Of a stretch of 32,000 nt of DNA, positions 16,300 to 24,394 are shown piece by piece. Location of the stretch: the sequence record OQ938580.1. One strand, written 5' to 3'. The notes beneath the pieces were generated by a model. That model made no database searches. It was not told the DNA's origin and saw only the letters and a list, made by a program, of their open reading frames with translations. Position numbers and translations under genes: made by a program. The first letter of the stretch is position 1, and the number at the start of each line of letters is the position of its first letter. Source of the DNA: Arthrobacter phage Ottawa.

Positions 16300-16706
16300 C
16301 CGCCACGATCAGGAACCTCGACGAGACCCTGCCGATCATCAAGCCCGAGACCCGCAGGCTCCCGGCCACCACCCCTCCCAAGCCCCGGGGCACCACCACC
16401 ACCCCCAAGACCAAGAGCAGCAAGGTCTCCCACCGGGAGCCCACCATGAACGAGCTCATCATCGAAGACGCCGTGGGCCGGATGGAGCGCAAGGCAAAGA
16501 AGCGCGGCACCACCGCCACGGAGTACAGTCAGGCAGCGATCTACAGCGTCGTCGCCACCAGAGTTGACATCGCCAAGTACGGACGCAACCCGCGTCGGGA
16601 AATAGAGCAGATGCAGAAGACCCTCTCAATGCTCACATGGGAATTGGGAGTCATACTGGAGGACATTGATTCCTTCGGAGAAACCACCACTAAGAAAGAA
16701 GCGTAA
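16296..16706 (+). CDS. Hypothetical protein
   Basis: Overlapping ATGA start; [32 protein letters not shown]... Confidence 0.65.
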   Translation: MTATIRNLDETLPIIKPETRRLPATTPPKPRGTTTTPKTKSSKVSHREPTMNELIIEDAVGRMERKAKKRGTTATEYSQAAIYSVVATRVDIAKYGRNPRREIEQMQKTLSMLTWELGVILEDIDSFGETTTKKEA

Positions 16707-17344
16707 TGGCAGGCGAAACAACCATCACAGTCATCGGAAACCTGACCAGCGACCCCGAGCTCAGGTTCACCCCGGGCGGTGATGCAGTGGCGAACTTCTC
16801 CATCGCAAGCACCCCCCGGACCTTCGACCGGCAGAGCAACGAGTGGAAGGACGGCGAGACGCTGTTCCTCCGGTGCTCCGTCTGGCGCGAGGCCGCAGAG
16901 AACGTTGCGCAGACCCTCACCAAGGGCACTCGCGTAATCGCCTCGGGCTTCCTGAAGCAGCGCAGCTACGACAAGGACGGCGAGAAGCGCACCGTCATCG
17001 AGCTCGAAGTGCAGGAGATTGGCCCGTCGCTGCGCTACGCCTCGGCAGTCGTTACCCGCACACAGCAGGGCGGCAACGGCAACGGCCAGCAGGGCGGCGG
17101 GTTCGGGGGCCAGCAGGCCGCAGGAGCCCCGCAGCAGGGCTGGGGCGGGCAGCAGGCCCAGCAGCCCCAGCAGGGCGGCTATGCCCCGCAGCAGGGCGCA
17201 CAGCAGCCCGCGCAGCAGGGTTGGGGCGGGCAGCCGCAGGGCCAGCCCGCAGCCCAGCAGGAAGACCCTTGGGCCACCCCGGGCGTCAGCAACCCGGGCG
17301 GTCAGCAGTGGGGCAACGGCCCGCAGGGTCAGCCCCCCTTCTAA
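16706..17344 (+). CDS. ssb: Single-stranded DNA-binding protein
   Basis: [108 protein letters not shown]; Gln/Gly-rich tail. Confidence 0.95.
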   Translation: MAGETTITVIGNLTSDPELRFTPGGDAVANFSIASTPRTFDRQSNEWKDGETLFLRCSVWREAAENVAQTLTKGTRVIASGFLKQRSYDKDGEKRTVIELEVQEIGPSLRYASAVVTRTQQGGNGNGQQGGGFGGQQAAGAPQQGWGGQQAQQPQQGGYAPQQGAQQPAQQGWGGQPQGQPAAQQEDPWATPGVSNPGGQQWGNGPQGQPPF

Positions 17345-17357
17345 AGTAAGATGGATC

Positions 17358-17395
17358 GGCTGCCCCGGGTGGATCAGTTCACCCCCGGGGCAGCC
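17358..17395 (+). terminator. Stem-loop GGCTGCCCCGGGTG...CACCCCCGGGGCAGCC after ssb
   Basis: Long near-perfect inverted repeat in the intergenic gap. Confidence 0.6.
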
Positions 17396-17417
17396 CCCCC
17401 AACCGACAGGAGCAACG

Positions 17418-17657
17418 ATGGACCCGCGCTACCCGGACATCAAGGTGGACGTCGGCCTCAATGACACGCACGCAGACAACCGCATCCGCGTCATCGTAGC
17501 CCTCCAGCAGGCAGGAGAGTTCGAGGCAGCGGTCGAGTTCATCACGGACGTCGCCCGCGAGACGCAGGGCAGGCTCCACCGCAGCCGGTGGATCAAGGTC
17601 GCCCAGCGTTACGTCACCCTCAACTGGCACCCCTCGGGGAAACCTAACCCCAGTTAG
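17418..17657 (+). CDS. Hypothetical protein
   Basis: In-frame ATG of the 17019..17657 ORF; MDPRYPDIKVDVGLNDTHADNRIRVIVALQQAGEFEAAVEF...; RBS aggagc. Confidence 0.6.
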   Translation: MDPRYPDIKVDVGLNDTHADNRIRVIVALQQAGEFEAAVEFITDVARETQGRLHRSRWIKVAQRYVTLNWHPSGKPNPS

Positions 17658-17658
17658 G
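17643..17658 (+). promoter_or_regulatory. Motif copy R4: CCTAACCCCAGTTAGG overlapping stop codon 17655-17657
   Basis: Same motif as R1-R3, R5, R6; followed by GCCC/GGGC hairpin but no obvious -10. Confidence 0.45.
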
Positions 17659-17695
17659 CAATGCCCGTTGAATGGGCGAGCCCCCTTCGCTAACT

Positions 17696-17738
17696 AGAGC
17701 GGTGGTCCGGTACTGTAAAAAGTATGGACCACCGCTCT
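17696..17738 (+). promoter_or_regulatory. 13-bp perfect inverted repeat AGAGCGGTGGTCC ... GGACCACCGCTCT spanning a start codon
   Basis: Direct reading; inner TACT/AGTA extends the stem. Confidence 0.6.
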
Positions 17739-17879
17739 TCTGTGTCAGCGACGCCCCTCATTACCCCGCTACAGCAGATGGCAGCACTCGCCAAGGAAAC
17801 GCACGACGCCTTCCTCGGCGCGGGCTTCGACCGGAAGACGGCCACGGACCTGACCGTTGGATTACTGAAGCGAGGATAA
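17724..17879 (+). CDS. 51-aa hypothetical protein (too short for the ORF track)
   Basis: MDHRSSVSATPLITPLQQMAALAKETHDAFLGAGFDRKTATDLTVGLLKRG; sits immediately upstream of the portal start. Confidence 0.5.
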   Translation: MDHRSSVSATPLITPLQQMAALAKETHDAFLGAGFDRKTATDLTVGLLKRG

Positions 17880-17883
17880 GCCG

Positions 17884-19551
17884 TTGGCCGAAATGGAAGA
17901 ACTTGGCAGCGTAGGACTACGCCTTGCCAGCGGGCAAGTGGGCGAGGAGTTCCTCCCCAAGCTCCGAGGCGCAGCAGGCCGCAAGGTCTACACCGAGATG
18001 GGCCTCAATGACCCCATCGTCGGCGGCATTCTCTTCGCCTTCGAGAAGACCACCGCCCGCCTCGACTGGCACATCGAACCCCCGGAAGACCCCAACCCGG
18101 CAGAGGAGGAGGCCTCCGAGTTCATTCAGGGCTGCCTCGATGACATGTCCGAAAGCTGGACCAGCACCGTCTCGGGCATCCTCTCGATGATGTGGTACGG
18201 CTGGAGCTTCCACGAGCTTGTCTACAAGAAACGCAGCGGCGAGCAGAGCGAAGAGAGCGACATCCCCAGCAGCCGCTTCACAGACGGCAAGATCGGCTGG
18301 CGCAAGTGGCCAGTCCGCGCACAGGACAGCCTCTCAGGTTGGGCCTCGGACCCCAACGGCGGCATCGCCGGGATGCGCCAGAAGGTCGAGGGGCAGGACG
18401 AAGTTCTCATCCCCATGCAGAAGGGGCTCCTCTTCCGCACCACCACCGTCAAAGGCAACCCCGAGGGCAGGAGCCTTCTCCGCAACGCCTACCGCCCGTG
18501 GTTCATGAAGAAGCGCATCGAGGAGATCGAAGCCATCGGCATCGAGCGCGACCTCGCGGGCCTCCCCGTAGCATGGCTCGACCCCAAGTACCTCGCGGAC
18601 AGCGCAACGTCCGAGGAGAAGGGGCTCCTGCAGGCCGTCACCCGCATCGTCCAGAGCATCAAGCGCAACCAGACCGAGGGCGTCGTATTCCCCCTCGACT
18701 ACGACGAGCACGGCAACAAGACCGTGGACCTCACGCTCCTCAGCAGCGGAGGCAGTCGCCAGTTCGACACCGACAAGATCGTCAGCCGGTACAACCAGCA
18801 GATCGCCATGAGCGTCCTCGCTGACTTCCTCCTCCTCGGCCATGAGGGCGTGGGCTCACAGGCCCTCGGCACCAGCAAGATCGACCTCTGGATGATGGCC
18901 GTAGAAGCCCTCGCCATCAACATCGCCGAGACCGTCAACCAGCACGCCATCCCCCGCCTTCTGCGCCTCAACGGCATGAAGGTAGAACGGATGCCCGAGC
19001 TCCACTACGGCTCCGTCGAGACTAAGGACCTCAAGGTCCTCGGCGACTTCATCAAGGCCATGGTTGACAGCGGCATCCTCCAGCCGGATGAGCCCCTCGA
19101 AGACCACATCCGCACGCTCGCCAGCCTTCCCCCGGCAGACGCAGACGCCCGCGAGGACGTCGCAGCCATGTCGGAGGCAGCAGCAACCGCCGCAGCCCTC
19201 CCCGAGGCCGCAGAGCAGGCACCAGAGGCCGCAGAGAGCACCGCCAAGGAAATGACCGGACTCACCCCGGACGACAAGCTCAAGCTGTCCAACGCAGCCG
19301 CCGTCCTCATCCGGTCCGGCTACGACCCGGCAGACACCCTCGTCTCCCTCGGCCTCGACCCGATCAAGCACCTTGGCCTCCTCCCCGTCACAGTTCAGCG
19401 CCCCGCCGAGGAGAGCGGAGCAACGGACACCAAGCTCACCGAGCAGCTGCAGAACGGCACCGCACCGGAGGTCACAGACCCCCTCGCGGCAGCAGAGGAG
19501 CCCGCAGCTGACGAGGACGCGGAAGAGGATGAGGACGCGCTGAATGCCTAA
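17884..19551 (+). CDS. Portal protein (DUF935/gp29-like)
   Basis: TTG start; DPIVGGILFAFEKTTARLDWHIEPP...SWTSTVSGILSMMWYGWSFHELVYKKR; position between terminase and MuF. Confidence 0.85.
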   Translation: MAEMEELGSVGLRLASGQVGEEFLPKLRGAAGRKVYTEMGLNDPIVGGILFAFEKTTARLDWHIEPPEDPNPAEEEASEFIQGCLDDMSESWTSTVSGILSMMWYGWSFHELVYKKRSGEQSEESDIPSSRFTDGKIGWRKWPVRAQDSLSGWASDPNGGIAGMRQKVEGQDEVLIPMQKGLLFRTTTVKGNPEGRSLLRNAYRPWFMKKRIEEIEAIGIERDLAGLPVAWLDPKYLADSATSEEKGLLQAVTRIVQSIKRNQTEGVVFPLDYDEHGNKTVDLTLLSSGGSRQFDTDKIVSRYNQQIAMSVLADFLLLGHEGVGSQALGTSKIDLWMMAVEALAINIAETVNQHAIPRLLRLNGMKVERMPELHYGSVETKDLKVLGDFIKAMVDSGILQPDEPLEDHIRTLASLPPADADAREDVAAMSEAAATAAALPEAAEQAPEAAESTAKEMTGLTPDDKLKLSNAAAVLIRSGYDPADTLVSLGLDPIKHLGLLPVTVQRPAEESGATDTKLTEQLQNGTAPEVTDPLAAAEEPAADEDAEEDEDALNA

Positions 19552-21199
19552 CCACGAGAGGGGGGTCGCCTCCGCAATCAACGGGTCGTGGCCCGTCCTC
19601 GAACGGTACTTCGACACCCCCGCATGGAGGAGCAGCGGCACCGACCCCGCCTCCATCATGCGGGGGATGCCGTGGTCCCAGTGGATGCAGGAGGCAGGCG
19701 CGGTCGTCCAGCCCCTCGCCGACGCCACCGCGCAAGCCTTCGGGGCAGAGTACGAGACCATCGGCAGCGTCAAGGGCAAGCTCGGCTTCGACGTCATCGA
19801 CAACGTATCCATCAAGTACGCCCAGACACAGGGCAGCAAGCTCATCACGGCCATCACCGAGGCCCAGCGGCAGACCGTGCGGACCATGGTCACAGAGGGG
19901 CTCAAGGGCGACTGGACCGTCGATCAGCTAGGACGCCGGATCAGGGGCACAGTCGGCCTCCACCCGGCATGGGCGCAGGCCGTCGTGCGCTTCGAGGACC
20001 GGCAGTACAACGCCCTCATCAAGGAGGGCAAGAGCGAAGCCGTCGCAGCCGCCACCGCAGCCAAGAGGGCAGAGGTCAAGCGCAAGCGCCTCCTCAAAGC
20101 AAGGGGGCTCAACATCGCACGCACCGAGGTTCAGACCGCCAGCAACCTCGGCAAGTTCGCATCGTGGGACCACGCCATCAGCAACGGCTTCGCAGCCAAG
20201 GACTCCACCAAAGAGTTCTCACCCGGCCCGGGGGCGTGCGAAATCTGCAGCCCCATCAGCGGCGAGGTAGTGCCGTGGGACCAGCCGTTCAGCAACGGCA
20301 AGATGATGCCCCCCTTCCACCCCTCCTGCCGCTGCACAGCCAACCTTCTCCCACCGGACTACAACGATGAGGAGCTCGACCCGGACGCCTTCGACTGGCT
20401 CTCCGACGCCGACGCGGTGAACCGCCCGAGCTTCATCCCAGAGATAGCAGGCAGGGTCGGCTCCCTCATCAACCGACCCGCCCCCTTCGTTGCCCCCCCG
20501 GCAGCGGTCACCGCCCCCCTCCCAGCCCCCCTTCCACCAGCAGCCCCGGCACCGGCCCCGGTCGGGACAGCCGCCGACAGCCTCACGCTCGACAGCACCG
20601 CGCATCTCTCCGACGACGACCTCATGGGGATGCTGGGCGACTACGGCGATGACCCCGAGGCCATCGACAAGATTCTGGAGATCATCGACCAGCGAGACGC
20701 CAACGCAAAGCAGTGGGCAGCCTTCGACGCAGCGGAGGAGGCCCGCCTCGCAGCAGAGGCAGCAGAGCGCAACGTGTGGGGCGAGGTAGAGCTCCCACCC
20801 CACACGGAGCTCAGCAGCGTAGCCAACCCCGCCCGCAACGGCATCCGGGGCCTCACCGTCGATGAGCAGGTCGCGGAGGACTTCTACAGCTACGTGCAGG
20901 TCCAGTACGCCAAGGCGGAGGATGAGCTCGCAGGCGTCTTCTTCAACAAGCGCTTCGAGGCGGAAGCCAAGCGCAAGGGCATCAGCAGCGACGACCTCTT
21001 CATGGGACCCGTCGCCACCGCCCAGAAGTACGCCTCAGAGGAGCTCATCGCATGGTGGGAAGAGAACGGACGGCACACCAAGGGGTCCTTCCGCTACACC
21101 ACCCTCCAGAGGCCCCGAGACCGCAAACGGTGGGAACAGGTGCAAGCAGCAGGATTCGCAGGGAGGAGAGTCAATGGCACAGATCGGTCCGCTTTCTAG
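19544..21199 (+). CDS. MuF-like head morphogenesis protein with C-terminal extension
   Basis: NIARTEVQTASNLGKFASW...CEICSPISGEVVPWDQPFSNGKMMPPFHPSCRCTANLLP; Pro/Ala linker then ~270 aa C-terminal region. Confidence 0.85.
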   Translation: MPNHERGVASAINGSWPVLERYFDTPAWRSSGTDPASIMRGMPWSQWMQEAGAVVQPLADATAQAFGAEYETIGSVKGKLGFDVIDNVSIKYAQTQGSKLITAITEAQRQTVRTMVTEGLKGDWTVDQLGRRIRGTVGLHPAWAQAVVRFEDRQYNALIKEGKSEAVAAATAAKRAEVKRKRLLKARGLNIARTEVQTASNLGKFASWDHAISNGFAAKDSTKEFSPGPGACEICSPISGEVVPWDQPFSNGKMMPPFHPSCRCTANLLPPDYNDEELDPDAFDWLSDADAVNRPSFIPEIAGRVGSLINRPAPFVAPPAAVTAPLPAPLPPAAPAPAPVGTAADSLTLDSTAHLSDDDLMGMLGDYGDDPEAIDKILEIIDQRDANAKQWAAFDAAEEARLAAEAAERNVWGEVELPPHTELSSVANPARNGIRGLTVDEQVAEDFYSYVQVQYAKAEDELAGVFFNKRFEAEAKRKGISSDDLFMGPVATAQKYASEELIAWWEENGRHTKGSFRYTTLQRPRDRKRWEQVQAAGFAGRRVNGTDRSAF

Positions 21200-21365
21200 C
21201 TACACCGCAGAGCAGAAGGAGGGGTACGCCGCCCAAAGGGCAGGCAAAAGGTTCACCGCCAACCCCTACCCCTATGCCACAGCCCAGAGGGAATCAGAGC
21301 ACTGGGCGAGAGGCTACTCGGCCAGCCGCACAGACACAATCAGAGAGCGCAGGAACCAGCAGTGA
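21174..21365 (+). CDS. RMF/CrpP-like small protein
   Basis: MAQIGPLSSYTAEQKEGYAAQRAGKRFTANPYPYATAQRESEHWARGYSASRTDTIRERRNQQ; in-frame ATG of the 20862..21365 ORF with GGGAGGAGAG RBS. Confidence 0.6.
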   Translation: MAQIGPLSSYTAEQKEGYAAQRAGKRFTANPYPYATAQRESEHWARGYSASRTDTIRERRNQQ

Positions 21366-22501
21366 ACCGCAAAGTGACCATGCCCATCGAGGCAGCCCAG
21401 AGCTTCGCCAAGGGGCTCGCCGAGAGTATCTTCGTAGAAGGCTTCGCAGAGGGCCTCGCCGCCGCCGAGGCAGCAGGGCTCGACGCTGTTACCATAGAAG
21501 CCATGCCGACAGACGCAGGGTACGACATCGAAGTCCGAGAACCGACCGGCGTCATCGTAGGCTGGTTCCTTCCGCAGTACACCGCCGACACCCTCGCCAT
21601 CCCCGGGGGCGAGCCCGCCGCAGACCTCCACGTCACCATCGGCTACTTCGGAGACGCAAGCGCCATGAGCGCCGACCAGCAGCGCAAACTCATCGGCGTC
21701 ACCAGCGAGGTCGCCCAGCGCCACACGCACCTGCAGGGGCAGCTGAGGGGCGTCGGACGGTTCAGCAACGGCGAGGAGACCGACCCGTTCTGGGTGGGCG
21801 TATCCATCCCCGGGCTGAGCGAGTTCCGCGAAGACCTTCTCTCCAGCCTCGCAGCAGCAGGCATCAGCCCGCAGGGGCTCGGAGCGGACAACTACATCCC
21901 GCACGTCACCGTCGCCTACCTCGGAGCCGATGAGGCCACCCCGCCCGTCACCGTCCGGGGGGTCGAGGCTTACGTCGCAGACGTCACCATCGCCATCGGA
22001 GGCACCCGCCACAAGGTATCCCTCGCCGAGCCCCCCACAGACTCCGAGGCGGTCCAGCCAGAGTCCTACTCGGCCTATGTACCGGACATCATCACCAAGA
22101 GCGCAGAGGCCATCGAGGAGGACCGCTTCACACTGGCCCCTTGGTATATCCCCAACACCCTCGACGCGCACGGCGACTGGACCGACCCGGTGGAGATTCA
22201 GAAGGCGCTCTGGGGCTACGTCGAGACCGACGACCGCAGCATCCGTCTTCAGCACAACACGGACATCAAAGCAGGCCAGTGGGTAGAAGCCGTGACGTGG
22301 CCCTTCGAGGTCGAGGCCCCCCTCACCAAGGCGGACGGCACGATCACCAAGCACAAGTTCCCGGCAGGCACAACCTTCCTCGGCGTCAAGTGGGACCCGT
22401 GGGCATGGGAGCTCGTCAAGAGCGGAGACCTCTCAGGCTTCTCCATCGGCGGCACCGGCGACATGATCCTCGCGGACCTTGGAGAGGTAGACCCCCGCTA
22501 G
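21362..22501 (+). CDS. 2H-phosphoesterase domain fused to XkdF-like prohead protease/phage structural domain
   Basis: GTG start; two HxT motifs (LHVTIGYFG, PHVTVAYLG); C-terminal PNTLDAHGDWTDPVEIQKALWGYVE...LQHN...GTTFLGVKWDPWAWELVKSGDLSGFSIGGTG. Confidence 0.78.
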   Translation: MNRKVTMPIEAAQSFAKGLAESIFVEGFAEGLAAAEAAGLDAVTIEAMPTDAGYDIEVREPTGVIVGWFLPQYTADTLAIPGGEPAADLHVTIGYFGDASAMSADQQRKLIGVTSEVAQRHTHLQGQLRGVGRFSNGEETDPFWVGVSIPGLSEFREDLLSSLAAAGISPQGLGADNYIPHVTVAYLGADEATPPVTVRGVEAYVADVTIAIGGTRHKVSLAEPPTDSEAVQPESYSAYVPDIITKSAEAIEEDRFTLAPWYIPNTLDAHGDWTDPVEIQKALWGYVETDDRSIRLQHNTDIKAGQWVEAVTWPFEVEAPLTKADGTITKHKFPAGTTFLGVKWDPWAWELVKSGDLSGFSIGGTGDMILADLGEVDPR

Positions 22502-22854
22502 TGGCCCCCCGCCTAACCCCCCAAGAGCGAGCCCTCCGGGCGATCACAGAGCGCGAGTGGCAGAAGACCGTCACCACGATCATGACCGCCTACGGCTGGC
22601 AATGGTGGCACGGCGCAGACAACCGCCCCGTCAATGGGCGCATCCAGCACGTTCGCCCCGGACTCCCGGACCTTATCGCAGTCCGGGGCGACCGCGTGCT
22701 CTTCGCCGAGCTCAAGCGCGAGACCGGCAAGCCCACCCCCGAGCAGATGCAGGCGCTCGCGGCCCTCGGGGGAGCCGCAGAGGCTTATCTCTGGCGTCCT
22801 CGGGACCTCTCCGAGGTTCGTCGGGTTCTCATGCCCGGGTGGGCGACGGCCTAG
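22501..22854 (+). CDS. VRR-NUC domain nuclease
   Basis: GTG start; GWQWWHGADNRPVNGRIQHVRPGLPDLIAVRGDRVLFAELKRETGKPTPEQMQAL. Confidence 0.85.
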   Translation: MAPRLTPQERALRAITEREWQKTVTTIMTAYGWQWWHGADNRPVNGRIQHVRPGLPDLIAVRGDRVLFAELKRETGKPTPEQMQALAALGGAAEAYLWRPRDLSEVRRVLMPGWATA

Positions 22855-22861
22855 ATCCTTC

Positions 22862-22919
22862 TAGACAAACCAACCCCCGTTAGGTTAGGTTTGTTGTATC
22901 GGCACCGCAGGGGTTCCGA
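22862..22919 (+). promoter_or_regulatory. Promoter-like element R5: TAGACA-18-TAGGTT with spacer motif ACCAACCCCCGTTAGG, imperfect leader hairpin
   Basis: Near-identical core to R1. Confidence 0.6.
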
Positions 22920-22939
22920 CCTAGAAGAGGAGACAGACC

Positions 22940-23434
22940 ATGAAGAAGCTCACCGCATCGGTTCTCGAAGTTATCACCGCAGAGAACCTGACCGGCACCG
23001 CCATCGAGGTCGCCAACGCCCACGCTGCCAAGACCGTCAAGAACGTCACCAAGGTCGCCATCGACAGCCGCCTCGCCGCCATCGACGAACTGGTAGAGCT
23101 CGGCCTCGCCGGGGTTGACTCCGAGGGCCAGCTGTACATCACCACCGATGACTCCGCCGAGGAGACCCCCGCCGCCGACGCCGAGACCGCAGCAGCCATC
23201 GAGGCTGACGCAACGGAAGAGGAGCACTCCGAGGAGGAGGCAGAGCCGAAGAAGACCCCCGCCTCCCCTGAGACGCTGGAGCGCAAGCGCAACCGCCTCT
23301 CATCTCTGAAGGCCCGCCTCGCCGCAGCAACCGAACGCCGCGTGGCTCGCCAGCAGACCGAGCCCAACGCTACCGAGCTCACCCTCACCCGGAAGATCGC
23401 AGGCGTCGAGGCGTTCATCGCAACGCACTCCTAA
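22940..23434 (+). CDS. Hypothetical acidic protein
   Basis: MKKLTASVLEVITAENLTGTAIEVANAHAAK...; RBS agaggag. Confidence 0.65.
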   Translation: MKKLTASVLEVITAENLTGTAIEVANAHAAKTVKNVTKVAIDSRLAAIDELVELGLAGVDSEGQLYITTDDSAEETPAADAETAAAIEADATEEEHSEEEAEPKKTPASPETLERKRNRLSSLKARLAAATERRVARQQTEPNATELTLTRKIAGVEAFIATHS

Positions 23435-23445
23435 GCAACATCCCC

Positions 23446-23484
23446 GAGGGGGCGGGCAGGGGCAACCCCCCTTCCCGCCCCCTC
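23446..23484 (+). terminator. Stem-loop GAGGGGGCGGG ... CCCGCCCCCTC
   Basis: 11-bp perfect inverted repeat between stop 23434 and element R6. Confidence 0.6.
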
Positions 23485-23488
23485 CAGT

Positions 23489-23548
23489 TTGAGCACAACC
23501 CCCGTTAGGGTAGCGTTAGAACCAGAGCGGACCACCCGGGTCCGCAGG
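23489..23548 (+). promoter_or_regulatory. Promoter-like element R6: TTGAGC-16-TAGCGT with spacer motif CACAACCCCCGTTAGG; leader hairpin GCGGACC/GGTCCGC
   Basis: Shared motif; upstream of ATG 23563. Confidence 0.6.
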
Positions 23549-23562
23549 GTAAGGAGCCCAGA

Positions 23563-23808
23563 ATGAACCGCACAGCAGCCCGCATCGAGAACCGCCTTCA
23601 CGAGGCGTTCACCGACACCCCCGAGGTCCACATCAGCGTCCACCCCGCAGGCGACGACATCACCGTCCGCGCCGAGATGGAGGGCGAGACCTACTCCAAG
23701 CAGCACCCCACCAAGGACATCAAGTTCCCCCACCTCCTCCAGTACGCCATCGCCCCCCTCGACCACTGGGTAGACACCATCGCGCAGGCCAAGGGGGCAA
23801 CCAAATGA
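23563..23808 (+). CDS. Hypothetical protein
   Basis: MNRTAARIENRLHEAFTDTPEVHISVHPAGDDITVRAEMEG...; RBS aaggag. Confidence 0.65.
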   Translation: MNRTAARIENRLHEAFTDTPEVHISVHPAGDDITVRAEMEGETYSKQHPTKDIKFPHLLQYAIAPLDHWVDTIAQAKGATK

Positions 23809-24134
23809 GAATCTGCGAAGAGTGCGGGTCCATGGCCTGTGGCCCGGACGACTGGTACTGCGACGACTGCATCGCCGAGATGATGTGCAGCTTCGAGGAC
23901 CGCACCGAGGCAGGACTCTGCACCGACTGCGGCGAAGGACCGGCCTCCGTATTCGGCATCTGCGACCCATGCTACGACGCCGCCTACGGCACCCGCAGCA
24001 GGGGCAGCAGAGCCCTCACATGGACCCCGCCCGAACCCGTCGCCCCCACCATCCCCCCGTTCCATGAAGAGGTCCAGCACCTTCGCTGGACCGCAGCAGC
24101 ACCCCGCAAGAAAGTGAGAGTCAAAGTTGGTTAG
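23805..24134 (+). CDS. Hypothetical protein with paired zinc ribbon-like Cys motifs
   Basis: CEECGSMACGPDDWYCDDC...CTDCG...CDPC. Confidence 0.65.
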   Translation: MRICEECGSMACGPDDWYCDDCIAEMMCSFEDRTEAGLCTDCGEGPASVFGICDPCYDAAYGTRSRGSRALTWTPPEPVAPTIPPFHEEVQHLRWTAAAPRKKVRVKVG

Positions 24135-24138
24135 GGCC

Positions 24139-24390
24139 ATGAACAAGCACCGCATCGAGCTCGACGAAATCAGCAGCGTCCGGCACCAGCGCGGAGCCGC
24201 CGTCAGCCACTTCGCCATCATCGAAGGCACCCCCTTCATCTGGGTAGAGGAGGAGACCGGCTTCCCCACCCGCCGCGTCAAGTACCGGACCTACAGCAGC
24301 GGCGAGACCGTCGCCCCCGATAGCCAGTACCTCACATCCGCCACAGACCCCCTCACGGGCATCACCGCCCATCTCTACAAGGAGAGCTAG
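24139..24390 (+). CDS. Hypothetical protein
   Basis: MNKHRIELDEISSVRHQRGAAVSHFAIIEG... Confidence 0.55.
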   Translation: MNKHRIELDEISSVRHQRGAAVSHFAIIEGTPFIWVEEETGFPTRRVKYRTYSSGETVAPDSQYLTSATDPLTGITAHLYKES

Positions 24391-24394
24391 ACCA

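Noticed and set aside
17675-17745. Possible tRNA, because TAGAGCGG...CTGTAAA resembles a D-arm and a Tyr anticodon loop
   Set aside because: Anticodon stem does not pair (CGGTA/AAGTA), there is no T-arm GGTTCRANTCC and no acceptor stem; interpreted as a palindromic hairpin instead.
24121-24139. GTTAGGG half-site just before ATG 24139
   Set aside because: Lacks the preceding AACCCC and any -35/-10 arrangement; likely chance within overlapping coding sequence.
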